From the NCBI GenBank assembly GCA_964515705.1, contig CAZEVX010000046.1, positions 592-16,850 of the forward strand: 16,259 nt of DNA, written 5' to 3'. The notes below the pieces were generated by a model that was not told the origin of the DNA, did not search any database, and saw only the letters and a program-made list of their open reading frames with translations. The DNA is from an uncultured Verrucomicrobiota bacterium. Its GTDB lineage: Bacteria; Verrucomicrobiota; Kiritimatiellia; JAAZAB01. Of the stretch, positions 13,855-16,259 are shown in pieces. Position 1 is the stretch's first letter. Each line of letters starts with the position of its first letter. The position numbers and the translations under genes are program-made.

Positions 13855-14317
13855 ACGCACGCAGGCGGCGCTCGGCAAGTTCGAGGCCGCCCTGTCGGCC
13901 GAGGAGCGCCAGGCGGTGGTTCGCCACCTGCTCTCGGAGGCGCTGGTCGAGATTCCCTGCTGCCAGTGCGCCCGCGGGCGCTTTGTGCTGCCGCCCGGCC
14001 GGACGGCGGCCTTCGAGTGCCCGGCCTGCGGCGCGCGCACCTATGCCCGGCAGGACGGGGCCGCGCTGGCCATGGTGTCCGAGGCGCGCCTGCGGCGCAT
14101 CCTGCGCTTCGCCGCCGCGCGCCCCTGGTTCTGTCCCGAGCACGCCGGCGTCCGCGTCGCGGTCACCGGCGTCGCGCCCGACCCGGCCAATCCCTTTGCG
14201 ATCCGCATCCAGTTCAACTGCCGCCGCGCGCGCGGCTGGGGCCGCGCGCGCGTCCATGCCGGGGTCCGCGAGGAGAACGCGCTGTCGCTCGAGGCCGCCA
14301 TGCCGGCCGCGCCTTGA
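13847..14317 (+). CDS. Hypothetical protein with a zinc-ribbon motif.
   Basis: 156 aa. It has CCQCARGRFVLPPGRTAAFECPACGARTY (a C4 ribbon) plus a ..FCPEH.. segment. The 8-nt start/stop overlap with the upstream gene suggests translational coupling. Confidence 0.5.
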   Translation: MDERTQAALGKFEAALSAEERQAVVRHLLSEALVEIPCCQCARGRFVLPPGRTAAFECPACGARTYARQDGAALAMVSEARLRRILRFAAARPWFCPEHAGVRVAVTGVAPDPANPFAIRIQFNCRRARGWGRARVHAGVREENALSLEAAMPAAP

Positions 14318-14372
14318 GAGCGCGGAGGAGGCAGCCAGGACGCTCGCGGAGACGCGGAGAGGGTGGAGCGCC
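14317..14372 (+). repeat. Copy of the interspersed repeat (GAGAGCGCGGAGGAGGCAGCCAGGACGCTCGCGGAGACGCGGAGAGGGTGGAGCGCC).
   Basis: The core CTCGCGGAGACGCGGAG is at 14343-14359. It begins at the stop codon of gene 13847-14317 and precedes the kinase gene. Confidence 0.7.
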
Positions 14373-14405
14373 TTGTCCCGACCCGGAGTCGTGTGGCGGC
14401 CACCC

Positions 14406-15926
14406 ATGCCGGCCCGCGTGGCAGGCGCCTTCCTGATGCATAGCAACCACGGGAATGGCTTTCCCATGCAACACTCCATCAATACCGAGAACACCATCGG
14501 CAACCAGCCGGATGGCATGCCGGAAAGCTATATGCTCGCTCCGGGCCAAACGCTGGGCCATTACCGTGTCGTCCGGCCTCTGGGCAGAGGCGGGATGGGA
14601 GAGGTCTACGAGGTCAACCATCAGGTCTTTGGCAGCCGGATGGCGTTGAAAACGATTCTGCGGGAGTTTGCGGCCTCCGAGCGCTTTCAGAAACGCTTTC
14701 TGGACGAGGCGCGCCTGATGCACCGGTTGCAGAATCGCTATATCGTGCATTGTTCCGATGCCGGGGAGCATGACGGGATCTGGTACTTGGTGATGGATTA
14801 TGTGGAGGGACCTGCCGGCGAGCCCGTGAACTTGATGACGCTGCTGCAGCAGCGGCGCGAAAAGGCGCTGCTGTTCGAGGAGGAAGAAGGGGTGCTGGTT
14901 GGCATGCAACTCTGCGAGGCCTTGGCCTATGCCCACTCGTATCGGGACGAGCAGATCCAATCGGGGATCATTCATCGCGATCTCAAACCGGCCAACGTGC
15001 TGCTCAACCGGGATACGCAGTTGCTGGTCACGGACTTCGGTCTGGCGCGGCTGCTGGGGCCTGGGTTCGAACAGAGCGTGATCTCGAGGTCCATGGCCGC
15101 GGCGGTGTCCATGGGCGCCCAGGCCACGCGGGGTTCCCGTTCCGGCACGGCGGGGTCAGACCAGGTCGGCACGTTCGATTACATGAGCCCGGAGCAGCGC
15201 GAAGGGCGGGAAGCGGACGCGCGCAGCGACGTCTATTCCCTGGGAGCCATGCTGTATGAATTGTTGACGGGGCGCAAGGTGGCGGGAGTGCCGCTGAAAC
15301 CGAGCCGGGCGCGGAAGGGGTTGGATCCGATCTGGGACATCATCATCTACGAGCGTTGCTTGTGTGCCGATCCTGACGGGCGCTACGCCAGCGCCGCGGA
15401 GCTGAAAGCGGATATCTTGAAGGAAGTGCCGTGTGCGGCCGGCGAATGGGCCCCGGCCGGCCTGGGCCCAACCCCTGGTTCGGAGGCAGCGAAGCCGGAA
15501 GCGATTGGCCAACTCGCCCACGATCGCGGGCGGCGGGCAGTCGACATCCAGCCAAGATTGACGCCGGCTTCGCCCGCCGAGAGTCCCGTGCCGCCGACCG
15601 GTGTTGCCGAGCTGGGGTATTGGTATCGGGATGCGTGGAAACACGGCAAAACATTTTCCGGGCGATCCCGGCGCCGGGCCTTTTGGATGTTTACTTTGGT
15701 CGATGTCATTATTTCCTTCGGCGTGGGATTTGCCACGGCAGGGGTTGCCGAAATTCCATATATGATTGTCATGTTTCTCCCCAGGTGGGCGGTTGCGGTG
15801 CGCCGGTTGCATGACACGGGACGTAGCGGCTGGTGGAGTCTGCTCCCGATCCTCAATCTCGTCTACTTGTGCGAGGACAGCCAGCCGGGCGTCAACGCGT
15901 ATGGGCCGAATCCGAAAGGACAATAA
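14406..15926 (+). CDS. Hanks-type Ser/Thr protein kinase fused to a C-terminal DUF805 membrane domain.
   Basis: The kinase has a Gly loop (LGRGGMGEVYEV), catalytic Lys (MALKTIL), HRDLKPANVLL and DFGLARL. It carries a ~50-aa Ser/Thr/Gly-rich activation-loop insertion before GTFDYMSPEQ. The C-terminal YWYRDAWKHGKTFSGRSRRRAFWMFTLVDVIISF..IPYMIVMFLPRWAVAVRRLHDTGRSGWWSLLPILNLVYL..GVNAYGPNP matches DUF805 (E. coli YhaH-like: FSGRARRKEYWMF..LPWWAVQFRRLHDTDRSAWW..NRFGPDP). The start is uncertain among the in-frame ATGs at 14406, 14436 and 14466. The upstream part of the track ORF (13701-14405) is a GC-frame artefact overlapping gene 13847-14317. Confidence 0.8.
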   Translation: MPARVAGAFLMHSNHGNGFPMQHSINTENTIGNQPDGMPESYMLAPGQTLGHYRVVRPLGRGGMGEVYEVNHQVFGSRMALKTILREFAASERFQKRFLDEARLMHRLQNRYIVHCSDAGEHDGIWYLVMDYVEGPAGEPVNLMTLLQQRREKALLFEEEEGVLVGMQLCEALAYAHSYRDEQIQSGIIHRDLKPANVLLNRDTQLLVTDFGLARLLGPGFEQSVISRSMAAAVSMGAQATRGSRSGTAGSDQVGTFDYMSPEQREGREADARSDVYSLGAMLYELLTGRKVAGVPLKPSRARKGLDPIWDIIIYERCLCADPDGRYASAAELKADILKEVPCAAGEWAPAGLGPTPGSEAAKPEAIGQLAHDRGRRAVDIQPRLTPASPAESPVPPTGVAELGYWYRDAWKHGKTFSGRSRRRAFWMFTLVDVIISFGVGFATAGVAEIPYMIVMFLPRWAVAVRRLHDTGRSGWWSLLPILNLVYLCEDSQPGVNAYGPNPKGQ

Positions 15927-15970
15927 CGGGGGCTCGGTCGTCTTCCCGCCGCGGCCACGCCCGCGCCGGG

Positions 15971-16146
15971 GAAGCAGGCGCTCGCGGAGACGCGAAGGAA
16001 GCGGAGAAGAGGACGCTCGCGGAGACGCGGAGAGCGCGGAGCGCCGGTAGGGCGCGGCAGCCCTGCCGCGCCGGAGAGGAAGGCGCTCGCGGAGGCGCGG
16101 AGAGCGCGGAGAAGAGGAATGAACTCGCGGAGAGGCGGAGAGAGGG
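15971..16146 (+). repeat. Array of three degenerate copies of the interspersed repeat plus an embedded GC hairpin.
   Basis: Unit 1 is 15975-16010 (GCGCTCGCGGAGACGCGAAGGAAGCGGAGAAGAGGA). Unit 2 is 16012-16046 (GACGCTCGCGGAGACGCGGAGAGCGCGGAGCGCC). A 9-bp-stem hairpin follows at 16051-16072 (GGCGCGGCAGCCCTGCCGCGCC). Unit 3 is 16075-16146 (GGAAGGCGCTCGCGGAGGCGCGGAGAGCGCGGAGAAGAGGAATGAACTCGCGGAGAGGCGGAGAGAGG). Unit 3 is a contiguous version of the two half-elements that flank the GxxExxY remnant at 4751-5088. Confidence 0.7.
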
Positions 16147-16259
16147 TTGTTCGCTGTTTTCAGAGGCTGCCCTTAGCGACATCGATGAGCGCCCGGTGCG
16201 GGCACCGGGCCTACAAAGGCATCCAGGCACTTCGGGGGTATCCGGCAGCGGTTTTCTGT

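Noticed and set aside
13532-14518. Minus-strand 328-aa ORF, and the 5' 235 codons of the plus-strand 741-aa ORF (13701-14405).
   Set aside because: They overlap the better-supported plus-strand genes 13450-13854 and 13847-14317 (TM helices, zinc ribbon, coupled start/stop) and are Pro/Arg/Gly-rich GC artefacts. The kinase start was placed after the intergenic repeat instead.
15971-16146. Whether the repeat array could be a CRISPR array.
   Set aside because: The units are degenerate and of unequal length (35-72 bp), with no regular unique spacers of 25-40 bp and no adjacent cas genes. This is REP/BIME-like rather than CRISPR.

Overview
This is a high-GC (~70%) bacterial window. A 13-kb array of 12 co-directional minus-strand genes runs from ~13259 down to position 1. 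It is followed by a divergent plus-strand trio (13450-15926).

The centre of the minus-strand array (3641-7394) is a eukaryote/archaea-like ESCRT-III + Vps4 module. It contains an outer-membrane beta-barrel gene (6708-7394), a zinc-finger-fused Snf7/ESCRT-III-like gene 6 bp downstream of it (5760-6701), a second Snf7/ESCRT-III-like gene (5089-5718), and a Vps4/katanin/spastin-clade AAA+ ATPase with an N-terminal MIT-like three-helix region (3641-4747). A 340-bp insertion separates ESCRT-III from Vps4. It carries an internally deleted GxxExxY (PD-(D/E)XK_3) remnant flanked by inverted copies of a short GC-rich interspersed repeat (core CTCGCGGAGRCGCGGAG). That repeat recurs in at least five intergenic sites in the window.

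A eukaryote-like signalling set surrounds the module:
- Two Hanks-type Ser/Thr kinases: one with a zinc ribbon and helical repeats (1-2342), one fused to a DUF805 membrane domain (14406-15926).
- A zinc-ribbon/FHA protein (9365-11014).
- A zinc-ribbon/SPFH (flotillin-like) protein (11019-12680).
- Two lipoproteins (2388-3587, 8326-9243).
- A signal-peptide/C-terminal-transmembrane periplasmic protein (7600-8298).
- An excisionase-type HTH regulator with a C-terminal zinc ribbon (12912-13259).

N-terminal or C-terminal Cys4 zinc ribbons occur on seven different proteins. A plausible divergent sigma70 promoter pair sits in the only AT-rich patch (13319-13406). The long plus-strand ORFs in the supplied track between 1 and 2500, 8800-13300 and 13700-14400 are antisense or GC-frame artefacts.

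A PVC-like or other high-GC Gram-negative lineage is possible, but it cannot be assigned from sequence alone.
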